A model generated the notes under the pieces. It worked only from the letters and a program-made list of their open reading frames with translations, ran no database searches and was not told where the DNA came from. 64,000 nt of DNA from Octopus vulgaris (Eukaryota). The stretch lies in contig OX597823.1 of the NCBI GenBank assembly GCA_951406725.2, forward strand, positions 45,632,001 to 45,696,000, read 5' to 3'. Both the position numbers and the translations under genes were made by a program. This document shows, one piece after another, positions 49,914 through 62,385 of this stretch (within the stretch, counting starts at the first letter, position 1; each line of letters opens with the position of its first letter).

Positions 49914-50012
49914 TGTATGTATGTATGTATGTATGTATGTATGTATGTATGTATGAATGTATGTATGTATGTGTGTATATATGTATGTATGTATGTATAT
50001 ATATATATATAT

Positions 50013-50284
50013 GGTCGGGTCGCCGGCGACTAAACCGGCAACCCCACCAAGCTTGCTTGGTGAGGAAGGTGTTTATTGGACCACCTGCGGGATGAAAAAC
50101 GAAATCCGTCAAAGGCGCACGAGTGGCTGTGAGGTAAGTAGCTTGTTTACCAATCACATGGTTCCGGGTTCAGTCCCACTGCGTGGCACCTTGGGCAAGT
50201 GTCTTCTACTATAGTCTCGAGCCGACCAAAGCCTTGTGAGTGGATTTGGTAGATAGAAACTGAAAGAAGCCCGTCGTATATATG

Positions 50285-50325
<41 letters not shown>

Positions 50326-50745
50326 ATGTTTGTCTGTGTTTGTCTCTCTAGCATTGCTTGACAACCGATGCTGGTGTGTTTATGTCTCCGTCACTTAGCG
50401 GTTCGGCAAAAGAGACCGATAGAATGGGCTTACAAAGAATAAGCCCCGGGGTCGAGTTGCTCGATTAAAGGCGGTGCTCCAGCATGACCGCAGTCAAAAT
50501 GACTGAAACAAGTAAAAAGCGAAAAGAGAAAATCAGAAAAGGGCGGAGGGACTCTTGAGAGTCAACGGCCATCCAATAAATGTCTTAAGGCTGTATCACG
50601 CGCGGGGACATAGAAATAATCGGACTGAATACCCGATCGCGCGGTTAAACCATTGGGAGTGAAGGACTCCTAGCCTTTGTTACCTAACTCAGGTAACTGG
50701 GATAACTCCGACATAAAACCTGCGGCTCAGTGGTTACTGATGATG
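50013..50745 (+). mobile_element. RTE-derived non-autonomous retroposon interrupted by SINE A (50114-50530)
   Basis: GC-rich body, AACTCCGACATAAAACC resembling RTE 5' UTR motifs, and a (TGA)n tail. aaaggcg/aagggcg flanks the SINE. Confidence 0.55.
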
Positions 50746-50915
50746 TTGATTTGTTCTTCTTTTCGGATTATAGCTGCTGTTGCTTAGTGAGTGGGATAAA
50801 CTCTGTGCACAGCCTTTCCTCACTTTAAAAAAAATCTTCTTGCACAGGCATTTCACGATAACAACATTGATTAAGCTTCGTGCAATGGCTATACTCGATA
50901 ACGAGGGGGCAGCCA

Positions 50916-50987
<72 letters not shown>

Positions 50988-51052
50988 TTTATTATTATCT
51001 AGTGTAACAAAGAAAAATGATAATAACAGAATCAATAATATAGGCGATCACT

Positions 51053-51233
51053 AAAGCCGGGCGAAATCCTTAACGGTATTTTGTCTGTCTTTACATTCCG
51101 AGTTCAAATTCCGCCGTGGTCGACTTTCATCCTTTCGGGTTAGATAAATTAAGTACCAGTTGAATACTGGGGTCGATCTAATCGACTGGACCCCACCCCC
51201 AAATTTCGGGCCTTGTGCTTAGAGTAGAAAAGA
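51053..51233 (+). mobile_element. SINE family B, 5'-truncated, with 13-bp TSD
   Basis: TSD taatataggcgat at 51036-51048 and 51235-51247. Confidence 0.88.
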
Positions 51234-51268
51234 GTAATATAGGCGATTGCAGGCCCCAAAAACATTAA

Positions 51269-51872
51269 ATAGCTGAAGGATTAAAATTAATCAAAGGACA
51301 TACTAAGTATGTCTACTTGCTGGAAATAACAGTCAAAACTCTTATTCAAATCGCCGAAAATAACTATTGATAACCCACAGAGATCAACCATTTGCGGGCA
51401 AACGGGCTAGGACAATCTCTCAACATACATTCAAGTATTTGGACTCACGTGGACCGGTTTCTGGACAGGTATTATAGCCTCACCTTCCTCAGGATGTGTT
51501 ACCATGATGGAAAGCCACGACCCGTCACATTGAAGTCTGCGCTGTAACTGATTCGTTTTGCACCGAAACATGGCAGCCACCAGTGTGAAGATAATTTCAA
51601 TTCGGAGCAAATAGTTCAGGAGAAAACATTTGCGAAAATATTATAGACTCTATCATTATCTACCGTAACAATTAAAAATAATAACAGAATCAATAACGCG
51701 TGAGTCCAAATACTTAAATGCTTAAGAGATTGTCCTAGCTCGTTTGCCCGCAGACGGTTGATTTCTATAATTATCACCAGTTTTTTTCGGCGATATAGAT
51801 AAGAGTTTTGACTATTAATTCCAGCAGGTAGACACACTTAGTATGTCCTTTCACTGATTTTAATCCTTCAGC

Positions 51873-51875
<3 letters not shown>
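51269..51875. repeat. Fold-back element (about 180-bp arms)
   Basis: 51269-51449 is complementary to 51699-51875. A direct repeat lies at 50994-51038/51655-51696. Confidence 0.85.
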
Positions 51876-51937
<62 letters not shown>

Positions 51938-51950
51938 ACACACATTTATA

Positions 51951-53252
51951 CGAAGATGGGCTGAAATGTTCATAGGTTGACTATGAAAGAGTGATGCTAG
52001 CGCTGTGAAATCTTACATGCATTCATTTGAACCCTTCTTGTTAATAACTGCATTGTTTTTGTCAGTTAAACTGTTTTCTGACTGTTCATAGAAGACTTCA
52101 AATGTAGCTAGTAGCAACTTCTCTTGAAAGTGGACAAAGTTTTGCATCATCCTATTATCAAGAACCAGCAGAAAAAGAGTTTAGCACCCAAGAATATACA
52201 TACTGACATTGTTGCTATATTAGGGGATGACGATGCAGCTTTATCAACAGCTCAAAAGTGGGTAGCTGAATTTAAGAAGATAAGAGAGTGTCTTAAAGAT
52301 GGCCCATGGTCAGGAGACCGTGCAACTGCTACCACCGAGGAAAACATTGATCAGGTTCACCACATGGTTATGGATAACAGGCGATAAACTATAAATCAAA
52401 TAGCCAATGCTCTTAGCATATCTCGTGAGGGAGTTGAGAATATTGTGCACAATGAACTTGGCCTAGCGAAGGTTTCTGCTCGGTAGGTGCCATTTCTTCT
52501 GACGTTTGATCAAAAGAGCACCGGGCTGATCGCATAACGGGAAAATCTGCCATTATTTGAGGTAGATCAAGCTGGTTTCCTTAAACGTTTCCCAAACTAG
52601 TATGAGTGCTGGCTTCATCACTCTGACCCAGAGGCAATGAGATAATCCATGCAATTTAAACACCCCAACTTACCTCCTCCAAAGAAGACCAAAGTCATTC
52701 ATCTGCAAGGAAGGTGATGGCTTCAACTTTTCGGTATGTAAAAGGCGTTCTGTTTAATGACTAGTTTCAGAAGAGTCACACCATCAACGGAGAGTACTAT
52801 GCCAACTTGCTGAGGTAGTCACGAAAGTCTAGCAAGACAAAGCGCTCAGGATAACTGACAAAAAGGGTCTTGTTTTAATAGGACAATGCTCCAGCACAAA
52901 AGTCCTTGCTTTTAATGGTTCTTGTACAAGGCTGTACATGGCAGTGGCTTTGAACTGGTTGATCACTCTACCTATTCTCCCGATTTGGTCCCAACTAACT
53001 ATCATCTGATCCCCAACATGAAAAGAACACTTGACTGGGAAGCAATATCGCTGTGAAGATGACACCTTATCTGCTGCTGATGACTTTTTTGACCAACAAA
53101 ATGAAAGCTTCTGCACGAATGGAATCCAAGCAACACCGATGGAAGAGTGTGCGTGAATTGCAAGGGGGACTATGTTGAACCATAAATCTCATTTGGTCAC
53201 ATTCCATGAGAGTATCTTTGTCAGTATCTATGAACGTTTCAGCCGACCTACG
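51951..53252 (+). mobile_element. Full-length decayed mariner element
   Basis: TA-flanked imperfect TIRs. KWVAEFK, KVSAR*VP, DNAPA and YSPDLVPTNYHL motifs, with stops. Confidence 0.92.
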
Positions 53253-53801
53253 TACATTTCATAGATGCACGCGCACGCACACACACATGCGTACAGGCAC
53301 GCGCGCACACACACGCATATACAGACTCACACGCACACAGACACACACGCGTATACGCGCACATACAACAAACGTACATAAACACACGCAATCATCTGTG
53401 TATCATAGTATTTTATGTATATCACTGAATGGCATGTTGCTGTGGCTTTTGAATGAGAGAAAATCTCTCAATAAATGTGTGTTACAAAATCGAAATATTT
53501 TGGAACAATAGTGACTTACAAGAACGATTGGTACATTTCACCCTACTTGGGGTCTTGTAAATGCTGTGTACTTGCTTGTCACACGCTTAAAGGGAATTCG
53601 TGCTTCGATATACGGGAGACAGTGCGATATTGTAGAAAACTTACCGAACTGTAAAAATCTCGGTGCATGTCAATGAAGCAGCAATGATATTTTCGCGGAA
53701 TAGCGATTATGGGTAAATTACTTATTCAGTGTCAGACTTACCTTTGAGTTTTATTTAGTCTAAGTGGTTGGACAGAAATTCTTTGAACTTGTCACCCAAC
53801 T

Positions 53802-53832
<31 letters not shown>

Positions 53833-53840
<8 letters not shown>

Positions 53841-54061
53841 ATATTTCGGAATGGTCATATTGCCAGTTTAGCCAATAAAAACACACGAAATAAGATTAAG
53901 ATTAATGTAAAAAATAAATAACACTGAAGCAAAATAACACCAAATATATAGTGCGTGTGTTTTTATTGGCTAAACTGGCAATATGACCATTCCGAAATAT
54001 AACAATATCTGTTTCAACACACGACTTCACATAAAAAGTCTTGCACAACAAATATTTAAAC

Positions 54062-54062
<1 letters not shown>
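53833..54062. repeat. Short fold-back element with tail, same family as 8781-9137
   Basis: Perfect arms 53833-53887/53954-54008 and tail 54009-54062, inside (TA)n. Confidence 0.9.
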
Positions 54063-54098
<36 letters not shown>

Positions 54099-54101
<3 letters not shown>

Positions 54102-55385
54102 AATCATCCCATAAGTTCTGTCTGAATTTTTGAATAAAGGAAACAAGTGATCAAATGTTATATTTAATTGAAATTTAATCATTAATGTTCTTTCTCTGAT
54201 TATCTATGACTTCCTGCCATCTATTTACAAGCTTTTTAATTCCATCAGTGTAGAACTCATTTGGTTTCAAAGCGAAGACCTTTGAAATGTCAGTTTCGAC
54301 CTCCCCCTGGTTTGCGAAAGTTATGCCCCCTCCCAATGATTCTGTAAACTATGAAACAAATGGTAGTATGAAGGAGCAAGGTCGGAAGAATAAGGTGGTG
54401 AGGAATTTTTTCCCAATCCAGCTCTTTGATCTTCTGTGATATGATCTTTGCAGTGTGGGGTAGCGCATTGTCCTGATGAAACATCATTCATTTTCGATTC
54501 ACTAAAGCGGTTCTTTTTTTTCTTCAAAGCTTGGTTCAAACGCTCTAATTGCTGACAGTAGATTTAAGTATTGATTGTTGCTTTGGGTGGTAAAAATTCA
54601 AAGTGAATTACTTCTTTGCAATCCCACCAGATTGAGAAAAGAACCTTTTCCCCATGAAGTTCCCTTCTCGGTTGTGGTTGAGTTTTTTCCCCTTTTACCA
54701 AGCCACTGTTTACGACAGTTAACATTTGGATAGAAGATCCATTTTTCGTCACCAGCCACAAGTCTATCCAAAAAGGGTGAAATGAGTTCGTGAGAATGAG
54801 GAGAAGAGCAGATGTCAACTTGGGATTTGCGGTTGCTTTCGGAAAATTCACGAGGCACCCATTTTCCAAGTTGAGGAACCTTCCCAAGTTGTTGAAGTTG
54901 ACGATGTACAGTTGTATGGTTTGAACTAAGCTTTATTGCCAATTCTTCAACTGATAATGCAGGATTTTCTTCAAGTAATGCCTCAAGGAGCTTATCATCA
55001 ATCTCAACTGGACGTCCTGTTCGACCTTCATCTTCAAGGCGGAAATCTCCACTTCTGAATTTTGCAAACCACCATCTGCAAATTCTTTCACTCAAGTATT
55101 CTTTCCTATAATCTGAGTGTATGTTTCGAGTCGTTTTGGTTGCAGAGTTTCCTTTTTCGTACTCATAAAGCATTATATGCCTTAAATGTTCTCTGGATAC
55201 TTCCATGTTAGAAAGGGTTTTAATCAAAGAAATTTTAATTCTATTATTCTGTAAAATGATATTTAATTAGTTTAAATGTACACAAATGCATAAAAATAAT
55301 ATTTAAATTCCATTAGACATTCTAAAATACTATTAAATTTCATTCAATTTTTAAAAATAAAATCGGTCAGAGCTTATGGGATGAA

Positions 55386-55389
<4 letters not shown>
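54099..55389 (-). mobile_element. Full-length mariner element, frameshifted transposase
   Basis: TIRs TCAAATCATCCCATAAG/CTTATGGGATGAACTGA. ORFs with WFAKFRSGD, GKWVP, AGDEKWIFY, HQDNALPH and PYSSDLAPSYYHLF. Confidence 0.95.
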
Positions 55390-55437
<48 letters not shown>

Positions 55438-55444
55438 TATACAT

Positions 55445-55970
55445 ACACCTTATGGCTCCATTCATCTTCCCACACAGCTTCAGACACAAAACAGAGACCT
55501 AAATCAAGTACCTGAAGGCGATAGTGCTGCCCTGGTGAACAAGGTGGCTGCTGGAAGACCCTAAGTCTAGGAACAATTCTCTGCATCATGTCACAAAAGG
55601 AGAACCCAGTCATGACCGTCAGACAATTTCTCCCTTAACATCTGGCCACCTAACTCCTCAGACTGCGATCCCCTTGATTATTATGTGTGGAGCGCAGCTG
55701 AGTGAGAGACCGATAAAACTTGTAACATCAAAGATGAACTGAAAGCAAGGATTAAGGCAGCATTCACCGTCCAGAAAGAAGAGTTGCAGGAGATTCCGAA
55801 GTCGTCTGGAGGCTGTTGCTGAAACCAATGGCTATTTTATCGAATAAATTTACTCTTTAGTATTTCAAGATATTTTTATCTAATTTTGGTAAATATATCT
55901 GTTAAAATGAGATGTCAGTGTTATTTTCATTTTTGCGTAATTTAGACGACAATTTATTTCGGGCACCCTG
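55445..55970 (+). mobile_element. Tc1/mariner (maT-like) 3' relic
   Basis: WPPNSSDCDPLDYYVWS, CRRFRSRLEAV and a CACCCTG terminus. Confidence 0.75.
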
Positions 55971-55971
55971 C

Positions 55972-56019
<48 letters not shown>

Positions 56020-56171
56020 TTCAGTAAAAACAATTAAGATTCAAGTGAGTTCCAATGAATTCACATGAATGCGGTACTTAACTTAGATGCACCAGAAATC
56101 TATATGGTATTAACCATAAAATAAATGTGGGGTGATTATAAACAAGAAAAAAGCAACAAGACTGGATTAGT

Positions 56172-56264
56172 TGTTCAGTACAATTGTTTCATACGAAGAA
56201 CAGCTATATTAAAAGCTGCAAATATTGCAGCAAATACAAGTGTCCCGTATTCATCAGCCAAAAC
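56172..56264 (-). ncRNA. Hammerhead ribozyme, intact core
   Basis: Reverse-complement copy of 56751-56843. Confidence 0.88.
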
Positions 56265-56750
56265 ACATATGAGTTTTCCAAACATCCTAGGGGGTGAGGC
56301 TACACTCATGAAGTATCGAAGAGAGTTCTATGAAAAGCAAAGTTAGATTGTAAGCAGACTTCAAAAGTTCTCAAATGATGCACAATTTTATAAAAGGTTT
56401 TTAAAAAAGGTTTTTAAAAAGTTTGTTAGCTTCACAGAAAAGGTAAATCCATCCATAATAATGCAGGTATAATTTCCGGAGATATGAGGAAATATTTCAT
56501 ACTCAGAGACGATGAATGTATCCATAATAATGTAGATGTAATTTCCTGATATATGAGATGTTGATCACACTTCTATTCGTTTCACAAAACTACTTTTTTA
56601 AAAACCTTTTTTAAAAACCTTTTATATAACTGTGCATCATTTGAGAACTTTTGAAGTCTGCTTACAATCTAACTTTGCTTTTCATAGAACTCTCTTCGAT
56701 ACTTCATGAGTGTAGCCTCATCCCTTGGGATGTTTGGAAAACTCATATGT

Positions 56751-56843
56751 GTTTTGGCTGATGAATACGGGACACTTGTATTTGCTGCAATATTTGCAGC
56801 TTTTAATAAAGCTGTTCTTCGTATGAAACAATTGTACTGAACA
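56751..56843 (+). ncRNA. Hammerhead ribozyme, intact core
   Basis: gttttgg CTGATGA atacg..(branched stem II)..cgtat GAAA CAATTG TA ctgaac. Confidence 0.88.
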
Positions 56844-56916
56844 ACTAATCCATTCTTGTTGCTTTTTTCTTGTGTATATATATATTTACATATAAATACA
56901 TATATAAATACGCTAA

Positions 56917-56998
<82 letters not shown>

Positions 56999-57270
56999 CT
57001 TCATAAAAATATATGTATGTTTAAACGTATAAACATAGATAAATACATACATATATCACACACATGCACACACATATGTTGCGTATGCATGACAAGTATC
57101 AAATTATATTAGAACTCATTATAGTTGTTTATTGCGTTAAACCTCTATTAACATGCTAAGTGCACATATAGAATGTTGTATAAACAATAAAATGAGACAT
57201 AAAGCAGGTAGAAAGCAAACTGCATTTGAATGGAGCGCAGAAAATGATATCCGTGGTATCAGAAAAGCGT

Positions 57271-57354
57271 CATTTCTACAGCTGTTTTAATAATTCTTAC
57301 GCAACATGATTATTACTTAATTCTGAAAAAAAAAACCATCTCGTCTGAGAGATG
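57271..57354 (-). ncRNA. Degenerate hammerhead ribozyme
   Basis: catctct CAGACGA g.. AAAA CAGCTG TA gaaatg, with two core lesions. Confidence 0.6.
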
Positions 57355-57715
57355 CTTTTATATATAATTTTTTTTAGAGTATTTCAAATGTCCCTTAACA
57401 TGAGCAAGAGTTGTTGGGGACCATGATAGCCATGTGTTGAGAGGGATTGATTGGGGTTTGAATAAATGTAGCAAAAGCAAAGTTTGAAGGTAATACTAGC
57501 CATTTTTCATACTTAGGAGTAAGCAAATAGGAAATTGCTGCCAACGGACAAAACCGTGTTACACAGTATAATGACTTGAAAGATGGTGATGACAAAAACT
57601 GAAGTTAGTGCAATTAGTAGCGTTGTGTTGAATATGCCAAAAGTGGTCTTAGGTATTGTACACTGGTTTATTTCTATGGTGCATGAGGCATGTTATGTAA
57701 TAGTGTGTAATGAAG

Positions 57716-57937
57716 GCGGCGAGCTGGCAGAAACGTTAGCACGCCAGGCGAAATGCGTAGCCGTATTTCGTCTGCCATTACGTTCTGAGTTCAAATTCTG
57801 TCGAGGTCGACTTTGCCTTTCATCCTTTCGGGGTCGATAAATTAAGTACCAGTTACGCACTGTGGTCGATGTAATCGACTTAATCCGTTTGTCTGTCCTA
57901 TCTGTGTTTATCCCCTTGTGGGTAGTAAAGAAATAGG
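57716..57937 (+). mobile_element. SINE family B with 13-bp TSD
   Basis: TSD gtgtgtaatgaag at 57703-57715 and 57937-57949. Confidence 0.93.
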
Positions 57938-58967
57938 TGTGTAATGAAGCTACCGTACAACCCTCTGTCATTTGCCGAATACACTGACCTCTTGGATCTT
58001 TAGATAGTCTGTAATTCAAGGAACTACAATAAATTTTACACCACATATTACTTTTCTGATTTAAAAAAAAATTTAAAAGTTGTACATTTACAAGGAGGAT
58101 ATGCGTAGCTTCATCCCTACATGGATGACATTGTTTCCCATTTCCCCATAAATGTGTGACCTTAGGATTTTTGACTATAGACTCTATTTTATAATTGTTT
58201 CTTTCAAATACCAGAGTAGCTTGATCGGATAGCTGTGTTCTTCTTTGTCAGGTGTCTAAGAACATAAATGAAGACGTTGGCTCTATCTAATCTGAAATTT
58301 ATTTATGGTGAGGTCTAAATGCTCTTTATTTGAGAGGTTTGTAATAATGTAAGCATTTTTCCATTGACACTTGGAGTCCAAGAGCGAATCACGCGGATTC
58401 ATACAATTACAATCAAATATATGGGCTCTTAATTCGTCTATCAACTTGAACTAAGTTAAAGTTGATAGATGAATGCAGCTTCCTTCAACTAAGTTGAAGG
58501 AAGCTGTGATCTGTGCGATGTTTTGGGTGGTTGAATAAGATTGCTTGACCGTTATGTAGATTGAAAATTCTTAACTACTTTTGTTTTCGAAAAAAGTCTC
58601 TACTGAGTTACGAGAAGAATGTTTGTGCAATTGATGTAACCAGCCTGTATGTCGTATGGGAGATTACAGCAGGTTACGGTTCTATACATTCATCTGTTTA
58701 GGTTTTTAGTGATGGCCTTAGGGTCGTAGTATTTCTTAATATCGTGGAGTGACACGTCTGGTTTTCTATATGGATAGTAGAAGGCATTATCTAAGTGTTG
58801 TATCCAGATAATTAACAACACCATTGTTAGAGTAAGAAGCAAATCTTTGCTTTAGCTCCATTTAGACCTTGTGGAGGTCATTCCTTATACGGTTGATATC
58901 CTCTAAATTATGAACACAAGTTCACCATCCCGATTTATGCAGCCTCCAAGGCAAAGAATATACCATA

Positions 58968-59176
58968 GGCGCATGCGTAGCTGTGTGGTAAGAAGGTTGC
59001 TTCTCAACTATATGGTTCGGGGTTTAGTCCCATTGCGTGACACCTAGCACAAGTGTCTTCTGCCTCGGGTCAACCAAAGCTTTTTGAATGGATTTGGTAG
59101 ACGGAAACTGAAAGAAGCCCGTCGTAGATGCGTACACTCACACACACATGTTTATATATGTATGTGTGTGCATATA

Positions 59177-59229
<53 letters not shown>

Positions 59230-59450
59230 GTGCGTGATTGTCTTTGTATCGATGCTTATCTCCTCCTGACAACCACCTGACAACCGATGCTATTGGGTTT
59301 ACGCCCCCGTAAATCAGCGGTTCGGCAGAAGGCACCGGTAGAATAAGTACCAGGCTTTAAAAAAATAAGTATTGGGGTTGAATTATTCGACTAAAAATTG
59401 TTCAAGGCGGTGCCCCAGCATGGCTGCAGTCTAATGATTAAAACAAAAGA
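58968..59450 (+). mobile_element. SINE family A
   Basis: Homology to 8340-8750. Confidence 0.88.
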
Positions 59451-59754
59451 CAGGAGCACACACACACATACACACTTACACACACGCACACGCGCGCGCG
59501 GACACACACATACGGACGTACACACACTTATAGAATCACAGAACATTCTAGAGAACACACAAAGTCGGCTTAGTTATAAATATGAGTTAGAAAACGATAT
59601 AATATAAACAGCATTATTGAATTGGTTTTGTTTAAGATATGCTCATTGCCTTGGACTATTACAACTCTAAATAGACAACTTCCGAAGGGTAAAGGTTACT
59701 TATTGACAGTCTCAGCCTGAAATACCTATGTTCTTTAATACTCTGAATAACATA

Positions 59755-59974
59755 TCTCTTTTACTCTCTTTTACGCTTTTACTTGTTTCAGTCATTTGAG
59801 TGCGGCCATGCTGGAGCACCGCCTTTAGTCGAGCATATCGACCCCGGGACTTATTCTTTGTAAGCCCAGTACTTATTCTATCGGTCTCTTTTGCCAAACC
59901 GCTAAGTGACGGGGACGTAAACTCACCAGCATCGGTTGTCAAGCAATGCTAGGGGGACAAACACAGACACACAA

Positions 59975-60029
<55 letters not shown>

Positions 60030-60170
60030 TACGACAGGCTTCTTTCAGTTTCCGTCTGCCAAATCCACTCACAAGGCATTGGTCGGCCCGGGGCTATAGC
60101 AGAAGACACTTGCCCAAGGTGCCACGCAGTGGGACTGAACCCGGAAACATGTGGCTGGTTAGCAGGAGTA
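59755..60170 (-). mobile_element. SINE family A
   Basis: Reverse-complement homology. Confidence 0.92.
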
Positions 60171-60194
60171 CATCTGTTAGGAATATTGAAATAT

Positions 60195-61550
60195 TAGTTT
60201 CAAATTTTCACACATGGCCAGCAATTGTAGTGGAGAGATAAGTCGATTACATCGACCCCAGTGTATAACCAGTAATTACTTTATTGGTCCAGAAAGAGAT
60301 GAAAGGCAAATTCGACCCCAGCGGAATTTGAATTATCAGACAGACGAAATGCAGCTAAACATTTTGCCCGGTGTGCTAACAATTCTGCCAGCTCGCCGCC
60401 TTAAGGAAGATAGAAATTTTAGTTTAAAATTTTGACAGTCTCAGCCTGAAATACCTATGTTCTTTAATACTCTGAATAACATATCTCTTTTACTCTCTTT
60501 TACGCTTTTACTTGTTTCAGTCATTTGAGTGCGGCCATGCTGGAGCACCGCCTTTAGTCGAGCAGCAGTTTTTTTAGGGAGGGGCAAGTCGATTACATTG
60601 ATCCCAGTGTTCAACTAGTGCTTATTTTATGGACTCCGAAAGGATGAAAGGCAAAGTTGACCTCGGCGGAATTTGAACTCAGAACTTAAGAACGAACGGA
60701 AATGTAGAATTATTAAGGTTTTCTTGCTTTTGGGAACCATTCATTGAAATATAATATCATCATATAAAGTCAGCCAGCTTACTGAATCGTTAGCACGCCG
60801 GGTGAAATGCTTAGCGGCATTTCGTCTGTCGTTACATTCTGAGTTCAAATTCCGCCGGGGTCGACTTTGCATATCATCCTTTCGGGGTCGATAAAATAAA
60901 TACCAGTTGACTAGTACCCTCCCTCGAAATTTCAGGCTTTATGCCTATAGTACAAAGGATTATATAAAGTTATCAGTTTGGTGAATATAGTAAGGCGTTA
61001 TGTGATAACGATAGGGATAAAAACCCACTTCAGTAAAATATATTACATTTATAATCATCAAGATAGATAGTAGCTCGAAGTTTTCACCAAAGGATTTCTG
61101 GTATACTTTATAGTTGAATTTTGATGAATCATGTCTTATACTGATATAGTAAAGTCAGAAGTTTAAGGCGGCGAGCTGGCAGAATCGTTAGCACGCCGGG
61201 CGAAATGCGTAGCCGTATTTCGTCTGCCTTTACGTTCTGAGTTCAAATTCCGCCGAGGTCGACTTTGCCTTTCATCCTTTCGGGGTCGATTAAATAAGTA
61301 CCAGTTACGCACTGGTGTCGATATAATCGACTTAATTCGTTTGTCTGTCCTTGTTTGTCCTCTGTGTATGTGGGTAGTAAAGAAATAAGTATTTCGTCTG
61401 TATTTACGTTCCTAGTTCAAATTCCACCGAGGTCGACTTTGCCTTTCATCCTTCCAGGGTTGATAAATTAAGTACCAGTTGCTTACTGGGGTCAATCTAA
61501 TCGACTGGCTCCGCCTCCCCCAAAATTTCGGGCCTTGTACCTAGAGTACA
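60195..61550. mobile_element. Cluster of SINE B copies (60195-60402 -, 60565-60700 -, 60770-60960 +, dimeric 61167-61550 +)
   Basis: Repeated central domain GCCTTTCATCCTTTCGGGGTCGAT. Confidence 0.88.
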
Positions 61551-62218
61551 AGGATACGGTTTTATCACTTTTATAATAAATTCTTCGAAGACTACCATAA
61601 TATTGTAGTGTGTTCTCTGTGAATTGGGTCAGTAATCCAGACATGATTCCTAATTGAAACATTTTCACTTTAATTACGCTTTCTTTTGTGTCAACTGGTT
61701 GTGGGCCACATCTTAACGTTATTGTTAAATGCAGGAAGATGGCTGGATTCCTTTATGTTAAATGCACATCAAAGCATTCAAAAGTGCTTCAACTATCCCA
61801 AGAGTTATAAGAGGTTTATGTTATGTTAAAGAGGGTAGCTTTTGGCATACAACCCGAATAATAGTGATTCTTAATAAACAGATGTTTGCAAATCTTTTAA
61901 TAGATACAACATTTTTAATGGATGAATCATCATTTTCATGTTTTCCTCCTACTGAATTGTACCAAATATTTGAAAGCAAAGCGAACAGGATTTTCTTTTC
62001 TTATTCGCCGTTTCTATTTTGAAATATTGACAATGAAATATATTTTCACATTCAAACGAAAATTACTCTTACGTCAACGAAAAATGAAATAAAAATGTAA
62101 CGCATAAGACGAAAATTTTCGGCCCTCATCTCAACATACATATTTAAATAGAGTGATGTGGTGTGTGTCCACATATGTATAAGAGAAAGAGCTAGACAGA
62201 GAGTGTAGGTGTGAGGGC

Positions 62219-62385
<167 letters not shown>

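Larger units (their letters stand above)
56010..56878. repeat. Large fold-back element (about 280-bp arms, 170-bp spacer, 130-bp tail) in (TA)n
   Basis: 56142-56421 is almost perfectly complementary to 56592-56873. The ORF track shows the same peptide on both strands. Confidence 0.95.
57150..58955 (-). mobile_element. Naiad-like PLE relic (RT thumb to 3' UTR)
   Basis: Minus strand has VVNYLDTTL and YYPYRK, plus a degenerate GIY-YIG region and a hammerhead relic at its 3' end. Confidence 0.6.

Noticed and set aside
54598-55227. SETMAR-like host gene
   Set aside because: It is a frameshifted mariner transposase between TIRs, with no SET domain.
56125-57052. Same peptide predicted on both strands
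   Set aside because: This follows from the inverted repeat. The frame is antisense to the ribozyme and has no recognisable domain.
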